Notes: a model not told the origin generated them from the sequence alone. A stretch of DNA of 64,000 nucleotides from Bdellovibrionales bacterium (GCA_016714165.1 JADJNU010000001.1:1411536-1475535); one strand, 5' to 3'; positions 18,472-28,224 are shown, counted from the stretch's first letter. Numbers and translations are program-made.

Positions 18472-20100
18472 CTACGGTTCCATACCCCTACACTCCAATT
18501 GCAGACCTAAATTTTCAGCCAAGAATGGCAAGACACTCTTATCCCGTAAACTTTCAGAGCACAGATAGTTGCGAGCCTTATCCCTTCCCACATTAGACTG
18601 ACCATCTTTTACTATAAAACCAAGAGCGGCGACGAAACTTCCCAAACGTGAGTCTTTGGGAGCAAGCGCCTTATAAACGTCCCAACCAACGACAAGACTC
18701 CACACCCCTAGAATGTTTGCATTTGCGATAAGCCAATCGGTGCTATTTCCGACTGACCACATCAAACACTCAGGAATTTTCTTACGCCAAAATTTTCCAT
18801 CGTAAGTGGGTTCAATATCTAAGTCTCCGCAAAACGGTTTCGTAGGCACATTTGGACTTCCCAAATAGAGCGATTGAAAGTTCTCTCTATCCATCTCGCC
18901 AAGATGAACAAACTTCGACGTGAGATTAAATGGCGGATAACCCATTACTGTTCCCAGAGAGGGATCACTCAGCCAAGCTCCAGCGAAGTTGTGATTCCAG
19001 CCTAAAAAATGTCCCATCTCATGAAGCAAAAGCCACATAACCAAACCTTCTGGATCTGGCCTCAAGATTTGTGAATACTTGCCAATCCGTGAGAAACCCA
19101 ACGCTGTCTGTATAAGAGTCGAAGGATTTTCTACTAACGCAAGCTCGCTGGCCGTCCCCAATCGGCGCGCGACTTGGCTTGAATCGTTGTAGAGATAAAT
19201 AATTCCTCCCATGACTCTGCCTGTTCTCGGATCAGCCGTCACAGTGGATGTTCCATGTTCACCCGTCCATGTGAATTCTTCGCCGCCATGCCACTGGATA
19301 CACAAAATGTTTTCCGTTAGGCAATCCGTGACATTTAGGTCCTGTTTCCCACCAAAGAAATAGTAGTTATGTCCAAAAAGTTGATTCCATTCACCAAGGG
19401 CTCTTTTCAAAACGTCGATAAATCGATTCGGAAAATTTGGATTTACAAGCACTCTCCGTGAACCAGTGCGAACGGGATGATTAAAGAAATAACGTGGTCC
19501 TGGAAACGGCCGAGTATCAATTCCGAAGAGAGCCTGGATCGACAAATCGCCAATCATTCTCTCATTGTTTGGGGTGAAACTAAGGCCCGGAAATATTTTT
19601 GATCCCACAAGGTATTTGGTCTCTATTTCCTCAATCTTGGTCGGCATCAGAACAAGAACGAATTGTCTTTCAGAAAAATTCAAAATAATTTTGTCTTCGC
19701 CGGAACGTGAAAGAGTGAATGCGTCAGCTCCAGATCTCACCCCCCAGACGAAAGGTTCCAAAGTAGGAGACTCAGAGAGGTTTACCGCACTGAACGTCCA
19801 CTCGATAACGCCGCCCCGTTTCGGATCTGAGGGATTTTTAAAAATGGCTCTTTGATTGAGCGGCAATTCTTCCGAAAGTACCAGATCACCGTTTACTGAT
19901 TCTACTTTCCAACTCTTGACCACAAGACCTGATGCCTCGCTGCCAGATGCATCGTAGGCAACTGACGTAATGTTTTTCCATTTTGCTAGGGAGGCTTTAA
20001 CTTCCGAGGGCCACGTCCGAACTTCCGCCCAAGACCCTCGGCAACAAATCGACATAAAAATGAGTGTCAAAATTTGGCAAAAACGCATATCGCTGATCAC
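18472..20100 (-). CDS. secreted zinc metalloprotease, metzincin-like (HEMGHFLGWNH = HExxHxxGxxH)
   Basis: Signal-like N-terminus; extended zinc-binding motif LLLHEMGHFLGWNHNF; possible start at 20088 (MRFCQILTLIF...). Confidence 0.6.
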   Translation of the reverse strand: MISDMRFCQILTLIFMSICCRGSWAEVRTWPSEVKASLAKWKNITSVAYDASGSEASGLVVKSWKVESVNGDLVLSEELPLNQRAIFKNPSDPKRGGVIEWTFSAVNLSESPTLEPFVWGVRSGADAFTLSRSGEDKIILNFSERQFVLVLMPTKIEEIETKYLVGSKIFPGLSFTPNNERMIGDLSIQALFGIDTRPFPGPRYFFNHPVRTGSRRVLVNPNFPNRFIDVLKRALGEWNQLFGHNYYFFGGKQDLNVTDCLTENILCIQWHGGEEFTWTGEHGTSTVTADPRTGRVMGGIIYLYNDSSQVARRLGTASELALVENPSTLIQTALGFSRIGKYSQILRPDPEGLVMWLLLHEMGHFLGWNHNFAGAWLSDPSLGTVMGYPPFNLTSKFVHLGEMDRENFQSLYLGSPNVPTKPFCGDLDIEPTYDGKFWRKKIPECLMWSVGNSTDWLIANANILGVWSLVVGWDVYKALAPKDSRLGSFVAALGFIVKDGQSNVGRDKARNYLCSESLRDKSVLPFLAENLGLQLECRGMEP

Positions 20101-20276
20101 TACTCTGCACTTGAGATCGTTTTAATTGCTCACGCTTGTTATAGGAATATGCTATTCAAAGTTTGTGCCCTTGGCTTCTTTCCGTGTCGAGGAAATACGT
20201 AAACACGAAGTTGCGTAGTCAATTGTAGTCACTCACATCACGATCCCAGTAAAATCAATGGCTTAGAGCGCCCCGC

Positions 20277-20297
20277 ACAACCCCATCCAATTTAACC
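20277..20297. repeat. imperfect direct repeat of tRNA-Gln 3' end/downstream sequence (caaccccatccaatttaaccc vs caccccatccaatttcaacc at 16763-16782); followed by terminator-like hairpin CCCGCtttgtGCGGG + T7 (20295-20317)
   Basis: Direct comparison of the two sites; 14-nt perfect core ACCCCATCCAATTT. Confidence 0.55.
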
Positions 20298-20394
20298 CGC
20301 TTTGTGCGGGTTTTTTTGTGCCTTCGATTAGATTTCATTGACTTTTTATTGGGCAAACCTGCAACTTGAAATTTGCAATAGGTGGGATTACTCG

Positions 20395-21780
20395 ATGGCA
20401 TCAAGCAGTTTGGTTTCAAAAGGTCTGATTTCGCTCGTCCATTTACCTCAGTGGTGCGTTGAACAGCCACCACTCGGAATCGCGTACTTGACTGGGTTTC
20501 TAGAAGCAAAAGGCTACCGCGTTCGTCAGGTCGATTACTCCGTTCGACTTTTTGCCGAATTGCCGGACGAGCAAAAGCATTTTCTTGATTCACACTTTCA
20601 TCTGAACTGGATTCATGAACACAATTACCGAACGAAGGTGGTCCCGGTGATTGAGGCATGGCTTCAGCGCTGGGCTGAGGAGTTAGCGGCGACGGCCGAT
20701 AGAATCGTTGGATTTACTGTTTTGACGACGTCAATGCTCTGCACCCTTGATGTGGTGGCGCGACTCAAGAAACTTCGGCCAGATTTGACGATTGTTTTGG
20801 GCGGACCACACTGCACACGTTATGAGGGTGGACCCGAGATGATCAAACACCCAGACGTGGACATGGTCGTTCCTGATGAGGGTGAAGAAACCTTTCATGA
20901 TTATCTCCAAGCCATTGACGAAGGGCGACCCCTTGATAGCGTTAAGGGACTGCTCTTTAAGAGAGAAGGTCAGGTAATTGACACCGGAACGCGAGATTTG
21001 ATTAAAGATATTAACGCACTTCCGATCCCCGTTTTCTCTGGATTTGATTTGCATCAGTACCGCTCACTCAGCCTGCCGCTCTTGGGAAGCCGTGGTTGCA
21101 TTTATCGATGCAGTTTCTGTTCTGAGACTGTGTTGTGGAAGAAATTCCGCTATCGCTCTGGCGACAATATGTTCCTTGAATTCAAGCAGCACAGCGAGAA
21201 CCTAGGGGTGCACGGATTTTATATTGTTGATTCGCTTATCAACGGCAACTTACGTGAGCTTGAGCGAATGTGTGATTTAATTATCGAATCGGGTTTGAAG
21301 GTTTGGTGGAGTGGAAAGGCCTCGTTCCGTCGGCATATGACCAAAGAGCTCTTAATGAAGATGGCAAAGGCAGGGTGTTTTGGTTTGGACTACGGACTTG
21401 AAAGCGGTTCACCGAAGGTCATTTCTGATATGAAGAAGGGTTTTGAAATTCCGGTCGCAGAACGCCTGATTCGCGAAACCAATGAGGTTGGAATTAAGGT
21501 GGGACTTTTCCTGCTTGCTGGATTTCCTACCGAGACTGAAGATAACTTCCAAGAGACACTCGATTCTTTGAAAGCTCAGGAATCTCATATCGATCATGTG
21601 ACTGCTGGCTACGGCATGGGACTGCAAGCCGGCTCTGATGTGCAATTGCACCAAGAACAATATGGCATCTACTGGAAGGGCAATGATTGGTACTCGGAAC
21701 ACACGACTCCTGAAATTCGTCGGGATCGGGTCGAGCGCCTCCATAAGTACTGCAGCACCCTCAAATTCGGAGTCATGTGA
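20395..21780 (+). CDS. B12-binding domain-containing radical SAM protein
   Basis: CxxxCxxC motif GCIYRCSFCSE; N-terminal region resembles cobalamin-binding domain preceding radical SAM core; start set at ATG 20395 after AGGTGGG. Confidence 0.75.
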   Translation: MASSSLVSKGLISLVHLPQWCVEQPPLGIAYLTGFLEAKGYRVRQVDYSVRLFAELPDEQKHFLDSHFHLNWIHEHNYRTKVVPVIEAWLQRWAEELAATADRIVGFTVLTTSMLCTLDVVARLKKLRPDLTIVLGGPHCTRYEGGPEMIKHPDVDMVVPDEGEETFHDYLQAIDEGRPLDSVKGLLFKREGQVIDTGTRDLIKDINALPIPVFSGFDLHQYRSLSLPLLGSRGCIYRCSFCSETVLWKKFRYRSGDNMFLEFKQHSENLGVHGFYIVDSLINGNLRELERMCDLIIESGLKVWWSGKASFRRHMTKELLMKMAKAGCFGLDYGLESGSPKVISDMKKGFEIPVAERLIRETNEVGIKVGLFLLAGFPTETEDNFQETLDSLKAQESHIDHVTAGYGMGLQAGSDVQLHQEQYGIYWKGNDWYSEHTTPEIRRDRVERLHKYCSTLKFGVM

Positions 21781-22252
21781 TGGCCCGAGTTTTCATTGAG
21801 GCACACATTTGAGAGGCGTCCCTGAAGCTCACCACGAATCTCCGCCACAATTAGATACTTGGATGGCTCTCTCAAAATCAACTCTTGTGTCCCAATTCGG
21901 CCCGCCTCTCTATTTGAAAGTTCAAATCAATCAGAAAAATTTGCTCTTGTATCCAATTTGATAAAGGACATTCTTAAATCGCCCCCGCTTTTGTCCGATA
22001 AGAACACAATGGTACTTGAACCACTCCCCCATGGCTATTGAACTCTCTTGGATTGCAGGCGGAGGCCTGACCTCAACCTATCTTATCAACTACCAAGTGG
22101 GGACAATTGCTCCCACTCATTGGGGTTCGGGTGATCTGGTCGACCGATAAAGAAATTGAGCCCAACTTATTGAAACTCGCTTAACATTTAGAAAGAACTA
22201 TACAAAATACTTTGAACACGGCTAGGTTAGCCACATCAATTCATTGATTTTT

Positions 22253-23839
22253 TCATGGCTTGCGGGATCGCCACCCAGAATCAGGCACGAGCGACATCGC
22301 GTATTCTGAAATAGCAGTAATCGATAAACTGGGATTGACTCCTAGGTTGGCAGAAATCACCGATGCATCTAGCACATAAAAATTATCATAGCCATTGAGC
22401 TGAAACTTGTCGTTGATCACGCCAGTTTCTATTTCAGATCCCATCGGACAGCCTCCCAATATATGTGCGGTGGAGGGCAAATTATAGAACACCTCGTGAA
22501 TGGCGTTCACGGAAAGTCCATTCACCTTTCTCGAAAATCTATGCATGACCTCTTGACCAACCTCGATATAAGTGGGAACAGCCAGACCTTTAGCCTCTCG
22601 CATTTTCATATTCCAACCAAAAATTGACTTTTCTAGAACCATTTTCATCGAGCTATCAATTGTCTGCATCACTAAAAAGAATACAGATGTTTCTGCAAAT
22701 CTCCGAACGAAAAAATACCTCATCGCAGAGAGGGGGTTTGATAAAATCTGCGCCAAACATTTTAAGATTCGGACTGGAGCCGGCCCAGGTCCTGCGGCCA
22801 ACACCCCTAGACGACCCATCAAACCGCTGCCGTTAGGATATTTGCAAATCTCAATAAATGTTTTGTCGTCGGGGTGAAAGACAGAGGAGATCGCCACGCC
22901 ATTGTTCAGCTTACGATCAGCCAATGCTGTCCCACACAAAGACTCAGAATTGGTTCGAAGATCTCCACCCAAATGATCTGAAACTTTTGGCAGCGTTTGA
23001 AACTTATATTTTTGCTCTAACAATATCTTCATCGTTCCTAAAACGCCAGCTGAGAGAACAACACCTTTACTGCGAAAAATATCCGTCTTCCAAATTTTCC
23101 AACTGGTGCTTTTTCGAGTGTGAATCCAGTATTCATCGCCTTTAATCTCAATTTTAGTCACCAAAGTTTCAGCTCTGATTTGACAACCCTTCTTCTGTGC
23201 CAAATAAAGATAATTCAAATCCAAAGTGTTCTTGGCCAAATGCTGGCATCCTACCATGCAGCCCGCACATTGGGTGCAGGGCTTTCGCAATGGACCTTCG
23301 CCATCAAAATAGGGGTCAACTTGCTCATTTGATTCTGAAAAATAGACTCCGACCTCGACCGGAGCAAACGTGTGTCCCATTCCCAAATCTGTGGCGACTT
23401 CATGAAATATTTGATCTTCGACGTGCAACTTCGGAACAGGAACGGTTCCCAACATCTTTCTTGCCAAGGCAAAAAATGGCTTTAATTTTTCCTCCCAATC
23501 TCCGAATCGCACCCAAGAACCTTGTCGAAAAAACTCTTTATCGGGATACATATGGGTGTTGGCGTAAACAAGACTACCTCCCCCAACCCCAACTCCGCTC
23601 AAAATAAAAGCTTTGTTAAAAAAGTGAATTTGCTGAATCCCAAAGCATTTTAAGAGTGGCCACCAGAGATATTTTTTAATATGCCAATTGCTCTTTGCGA
23701 AATCCTCGGCCCTAAATCGTTTCCCCTTTTCCAAAACGAGAACAGAATATTTTTTTTCAATGAGTCTCAGTGAGCTCACACTCCCACCAAAGCCAGAGCC
23801 TATCACTATGTAATCAAAAATCGGATGACTATCGGCCAT
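22253..23839 (-). CDS. GMC-family FAD-dependent oxidoreductase (cholesterol oxidase-like)
   Basis: N-terminal FAD fold DYIVIGSGFGGSVSSLRLIEKKYSVLVLEKG; length 528 aa; C-terminal GMC-type region. Confidence 0.75.
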   Translation of the reverse strand: MADSHPIFDYIVIGSGFGGSVSSLRLIEKKYSVLVLEKGKRFRAEDFAKSNWHIKKYLWWPLLKCFGIQQIHFFNKAFILSGVGVGGGSLVYANTHMYPDKEFFRQGSWVRFGDWEEKLKPFFALARKMLGTVPVPKLHVEDQIFHEVATDLGMGHTFAPVEVGVYFSESNEQVDPYFDGEGPLRKPCTQCAGCMVGCQHLAKNTLDLNYLYLAQKKGCQIRAETLVTKIEIKGDEYWIHTRKSTSWKIWKTDIFRSKGVVLSAGVLGTMKILLEQKYKFQTLPKVSDHLGGDLRTNSESLCGTALADRKLNNGVAISSVFHPDDKTFIEICKYPNGSGLMGRLGVLAAGPGPAPVRILKCLAQILSNPLSAMRYFFVRRFAETSVFFLVMQTIDSSMKMVLEKSIFGWNMKMREAKGLAVPTYIEVGQEVMHRFSRKVNGLSVNAIHEVFYNLPSTAHILGGCPMGSEIETGVINDKFQLNGYDNFYVLDASVISANLGVNPSLSITAISEYAMSLVPDSGWRSRKP

Positions 23840-23982
23840 AGAGATTATTAAATCCCCTCACCCGATAGAAGATCAAGGCCTAAAATGTACAGGGTTTTAC
23901 CCAACAAGCAGATAAAACCATATTGACCCATAACTGCAAAGCCCGCGTTAGTCCACGCAAAGACCAAGGATTTCCAAAACCC

Positions 23983-26553
23983 TCACCGTCCCGTCGGCCA
24001 CGTTTCAGGAAGCAGTCCCTTTTCGTAAGCAACAGGCAAGGCCCTGAGCGGGCTTGTCCTATCAACGAACACAAAGGCATCATAACGATGAGAGAGCTCC
24101 GTCGGAACATAGTTTCTGCCATGAGATTCAAAAACGGGTTGATAAACAACCCCTACCGCTCGATGGCCTTTGCGTAAACTCAACGAGTCTTCACCGTTCA
24201 TCACAACGTAAAATTGAGGGGCCTCTATTTGCTCAGATGCTTTGTGAAAGTAATCTTCATAGCTGCTGTTTACAGCTGGAGGAAGTTTCATGATTTCAGG
24301 TTTGGCTTCCCAAGCTCGCCCCGCCAAAACCTCTCCCTGATAGGTTCCAAAGCCTATCAATACCACGTTATCCATCCCATATCTCTCTCTGGCGAGCCCA
24401 CCCAAATTGACGTATCCCTCTCTAACCATATCGGTTGCATGATAGTCGCCTATGTGAGTGTTATGGGCCCAAACAATGGCCTTCGCTCCTTCGCCGTGAT
24501 AGCGCAAAAGCGCGTCCAAAGAATCCATCATGTGTTCATCACGAATATTCCAGGACTCAGCTCCCCCAATCATCATGGCCCGATAGTATTTTTCCGCGTT
24601 ACGAACTATTTTGGCATTTTGCTGAACATCAAAAAGTTCATGTTCATATAGACGAGTTTCTTCAAGTCGAAGTCGTAAAATATCACGCAAACTCCGAGTT
24701 ATTTCCTTTTCGCATCCTGCCGGCCACTTCATCAGGGATTTGGCATATTCCTTTTCATTTCGGCTATAAAAGTCGAAACAAGAATAGGATTCCAAAACAC
24801 GCTTTTCCAATTCCGGGTCGAGTCTTTTTGCATGGGATCTGACTCGATCTAGAGACTCATAAAGTGAATAAACGTCAAGACCATAAAATCCTGCGCCACG
24901 ACCCCTCATCCATTCAACCAGATCAGCCACTTGTTCATTAGCCCACATCCAAGTGGGCCACCTGTTAAAATCATGCATGACTTCCTCAGCACTTTTTCCG
25001 GCTCGTAGCTGAACATATTGATTGAGGCGATAGCAATCCGGCCAGTCTCCTTCAACGGCTACGAAACTGAAGCCATAATCTTCTATTAAATTTTGCGAAA
25101 TAACTTTTCTAATTTGATAAAACTCCTCTGTGCCGTGGGTGGACTCACCGAGCATGACCACTCTGGCCTGGCTTATTTTTCTTAGGAGTGGGTGATAGCT
25201 TTCCTCCGAGGTTATGGAATGAGCCAGACTTGAAATCTTTTGCACGACAGCTTCATGAGGTTTTGCGGTGAGGTCGATACTTTCTTTGGTCAAAGTATTT
25301 AAAAACCAATCTCCCGCGTATTCGACGACCTCATCAATGGCCCCCGGCTCATCAAATAAATGCGTCGCCCCAGGAACAATGACCAACTCGCAATGCTTCA
25401 GATGTCTCTTGGCTTGTTGATTTAACTCAATAACAGCAAAATCACTTCCGCCGACGATAAGAAGTGTTGGACACTGAACCTGGCCTAAGGCTTCTTCTGC
25501 CAAATCAGGCCTGCCACCACGACTCACCACCGAAGAAATACTCCTCTCCTTGGAAGCCGCAACAAGAGCTGCGGCCGCCCCAGTGCTCGCACCAAAATAA
25601 CCGATTGAAAGCGACTTCAATGTGGCATTATTTTGAATCCACTGAGTGGCGATTTGAAGCCTTTCACTCAACAGCGGAATGTTAAACACCTGAGACCGAT
25701 CCTCCGCCTCTTTAAAGGTTAAAAGATCAAAAAGAAGAGTGGCGAAGCCCAATTTATTGAGGGCCTTTGCGACAAACTGGTTGCGTGGGCTTTTATGGGA
25801 ACTGCCGCTTCCATGGGCGAAGATCACAACCCCCTTTGGTTCTCTGGGAACCGAGAGGTCACCAGACAGACTGAATTTTTGAACGGGAATCTTAACGGTC
25901 TTAGAACTTTCTTCTGCCTGAATCTTCCCAGCCAGAATATTGGTAACAACCTCATCAGTGACCTGTGTGAAATCTTCGTACCACTGCCCCACCGAAAAAA
26001 ACGGCTCTGGAATTTGCAACACGACAATTTGGTCAACCTTGGTCTTAAACGAATCCACTGCGGATCGAGAAGCCACAGGCGCAGCGATTATGATCTTCTT
26101 GACTTCCCTGCGTTTTAAAAATTCAACGGCTGCATGCATGGTCATCCCCGTAGCCAAACCATCGTCTACCAGAATGATCGTTTTGCCCTTTACGGCTAAC
26201 GGAGCACGTCCATTGCGCCATTTGCTTGTTTGCTCCATGATTTTCTTTCGGGTCTTCTCAGCCAAATCGTGAAGTTTCCTCTTTTCAAGACCAAGGAAAG
26301 AGATGGATTCTTGATTCCAAATTGGATGTTCGTCCTCAGATACTGCACCAATTGCAAATTCGGGCTGATCAGGCGCCCCAATTTTTTTAACTAACAAGAC
26401 ATCCAAAGGAAGTTTGAGTTCTTTTGCAATCTCCCAAGCGAGTGGGACACCCCCTCTTGGAAGTGCAAGAATGGATGCCTTTTTCCAATCTGCGTCTTTA
26501 AGTTTTTCAGCTAGTAACTGACCAGCAGTTTCGCGATCTTTTAAATTCTTCAT
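23983..26553 (-). CDS. three-domain fusion protein: N-terminal type I phosphoribosyltransferase, central alpha/beta (dienelactone hydrolase-like) hydrolase, C-terminal erythromycin esterase (EreA/ChaN)-like domain
   Basis: PRTase PRPP loop IILVDDGLATGMTM; hydrolase region VVIFAHGSGSSHKSPRN...GFATLLFDLL; Ere-like region ARVVMLGESTHGTEEFY and following ~400 aa. Confidence 0.65.
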   Translation of the reverse strand: MKNLKDRETAGQLLAEKLKDADWKKASILALPRGGVPLAWEIAKELKLPLDVLLVKKIGAPDQPEFAIGAVSEDEHPIWNQESISFLGLEKRKLHDLAEKTRKKIMEQTSKWRNGRAPLAVKGKTIILVDDGLATGMTMHAAVEFLKRREVKKIIIAAPVASRSAVDSFKTKVDQIVVLQIPEPFFSVGQWYEDFTQVTDEVVTNILAGKIQAEESSKTVKIPVQKFSLSGDLSVPREPKGVVIFAHGSGSSHKSPRNQFVAKALNKLGFATLLFDLLTFKEAEDRSQVFNIPLLSERLQIATQWIQNNATLKSLSIGYFGASTGAAAALVAASKERSISSVVSRGGRPDLAEEALGQVQCPTLLIVGGSDFAVIELNQQAKRHLKHCELVIVPGATHLFDEPGAIDEVVEYAGDWFLNTLTKESIDLTAKPHEAVVQKISSLAHSITSEESYHPLLRKISQARVVMLGESTHGTEEFYQIRKVISQNLIEDYGFSFVAVEGDWPDCYRLNQYVQLRAGKSAEEVMHDFNRWPTWMWANEQVADLVEWMRGRGAGFYGLDVYSLYESLDRVRSHAKRLDPELEKRVLESYSCFDFYSRNEKEYAKSLMKWPAGCEKEITRSLRDILRLRLEETRLYEHELFDVQQNAKIVRNAEKYYRAMMIGGAESWNIRDEHMMDSLDALLRYHGEGAKAIVWAHNTHIGDYHATDMVREGYVNLGGLARERYGMDNVVLIGFGTYQGEVLAGRAWEAKPEIMKLPPAVNSSYEDYFHKASEQIEAPQFYVVMNGEDSLSLRKGHRAVGVVYQPVFESHGRNYVPTELSHRYDAFVFVDRTSPLRALPVAYEKGLLPETWPTGR

Positions 26554-26893
26554 AGACCACCCCGGTATCCCTTAATTCAAACACGCCGCCATCAACTCAA
26601 GGAGCAGATTTCATGCCATCAGCAAGTGCGGTAAATTCGTTCCCTATTCGATCTGAGGAACATCAAAGGATGCGGTGCGGGACATTTTGAGCAATTGAAA
26701 GTGGATCGAGTCCCAAAATGAATTCATTTATTGAATTGATGTAGTGATTTCGCATTCCCATTTTCCTTTTTTTATAAAACTCGTACCACCGCAGGCAATC
26801 ATTCATTTTTGCTGTTCCAATCTGAGACAAAAATGGCAAGCCTCTTTGGCGGATTCTTATTACTGTGCGAGAATGTCAGGATGAGGGTCGTTC

Positions 26894-27403
26894 ATGACGA
26901 AGGTATCTAGATGGCTGATTCTGATTGTAACAACAATTCCAATGCTTCTCAGTTTTCAGAATTGCGGAGATAGATATTTACCCAAGGTTCACATCGCTTC
27001 GCAAAAATCGGATATCAAGTTTTCAAAATTGAATGCTGTCAGAAAAGTCGAGGCCAATTGCCTTTCAGGCTCTTCCTACCTGTGTCGAATCAATCGTTAT
27101 TCTCCAGGACTTGCCGATGGCCGCCGTGTCAATCACGTTTGTGTTTCAGTAGAGAATAATGAAGTTTGCGTTGATGGAGATGACTGGAGTTATGATTCGT
27201 CTGAGGCCCTCCAATTTTGTCCAGATTGCTCCGCTGCCGATGGCCTTCCTGGAGGACGATATGATTACGCAGAGATTGCCTGTTCCTTTGGAGATGAGGC
27301 GAAAATCTATTCGCGCGCAGAAAGCTCCGAGGCGAAGATCGAAGAGTACTTGAAAACGTCCGTAGAGCTGTGTCTATTTGAGGCAAGGCAACAAATACGT
27401 TAA
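26894..27403 (+). CDS. small secreted cysteine-rich protein (169 aa, ~10 Cys), hypothetical
   Basis: Signal peptide MTKVSRWLILIVTTIPMLLSFQNC; many Cys; no recognisable domain. Confidence 0.45.
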   Translation: MTKVSRWLILIVTTIPMLLSFQNCGDRYLPKVHIASQKSDIKFSKLNAVRKVEANCLSGSSYLCRINRYSPGLADGRRVNHVCVSVENNEVCVDGDDWSYDSSEALQFCPDCSAADGLPGGRYDYAEIACSFGDEAKIYSRAESSEAKIEEYLKTSVELCLFEARQQIR

Positions 27404-27427
27404 TTGTTGAGGTAAATACTTGAGCAT

Positions 27428-28177
27428 TTGCCAGGAAACGACGAAGAGGCTATTGTGAGACTATTGTTATTTTTCTTTCTCTTCGCTCTTGCTCCCATCG
27501 ACAGTCACGCACATGTGGCTCTGACATCTCCCACTCCACGACCCGGCACCACAGATAGCACGAAGACAGCTAACTCTACAACCAATCCCTGTGGCGGCGT
27601 TAACAGAGGGGCAAATTCAGTTACATTTGCGGCAGGATCTAATTTGACATTCTCATGGAGAGAAACAATCGAGCACCCTGGAAGATTCTTGGTGCAGTTC
27701 TCACCGGCGAATGATCAGTCCTTTGAACTTCCTGCCAACGAACTCTTTCGCAAAGAGGACACAGAGACCAGGGGAACCCATTCAGCGACCGTAAAGCTGC
27801 CAAATACAGCCTGCGAAGCCTGCACACTCAGGTTGGTTCAAGTAATGGATGACCAACCCGGAGAACTCTACGTCAATTGCGTGGACATTCGCTTGACCTC
27901 TTCATCTGAAACGGCTCCACCCAATTCGGGATCGCCAGAAAACACAAGCCAGGCCTCACAGGGGGGAAGCGATGGTGGAAAGACTAAAATGCCGGCTGGT
28001 TGCGCGCTCGCCTCGGGGCGACTCAATCAAATTGGAGACAATCGGCCAACCGGTGGGGGGCATTTCGGAAACCCATCTTGCGGCCTCATCACTCTTATGT
28101 TATGGACTTTGCCACTCCTCGCCTTGCTGATGCTGAAGGTGCAATCAAGAAGATTTCGATTCACACGTCAGCAGTAA
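27428..28177 (+). CDS. secreted compact AA10-LPMO-like protein (predicted N-terminal His after signal cleavage) with low-complexity linker and C-terminal Cys + TM + basic tail anchor
   Basis: Predicted cleavage ...SHA|HVALTSPTPR (cf. AA10 HGYVESPASR); FSWRETIEHPGRFLVQF (cf. FTWKLTARHSTTSWRYFIT); LVQVMDDQPGELYVNCVDIRL (cf. [21 protein letters not shown]); C-terminus CGLITLMLWTLPLLALLMLKVQSRRFRF. Confidence 0.45.
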   Translation: MPGNDEEAIVRLLLFFFLFALAPIDSHAHVALTSPTPRPGTTDSTKTANSTTNPCGGVNRGANSVTFAAGSNLTFSWRETIEHPGRFLVQFSPANDQSFELPANELFRKEDTETRGTHSATVKLPNTACEACTLRLVQVMDDQPGELYVNCVDIRLTSSSETAPPNSGSPENTSQASQGGSDGGKTKMPAGCALASGRLNQIGDNRPTGGGHFGNPSCGLITLMLWTLPLLALLMLKVQSRRFRFTRQQ

Positions 28178-28224
28178 TACCGACTCTTGCACTTCAAAAA
28201 ATATAAGAGTATGTAGTATGACTA

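Noticed and set aside
20255-20659. 134-aa minus-strand ORF overlapping start of radical SAM gene
   Set aside because: Overlaps a well-supported CDS on opposite strand and the DR/terminator; no motif; likely spurious.
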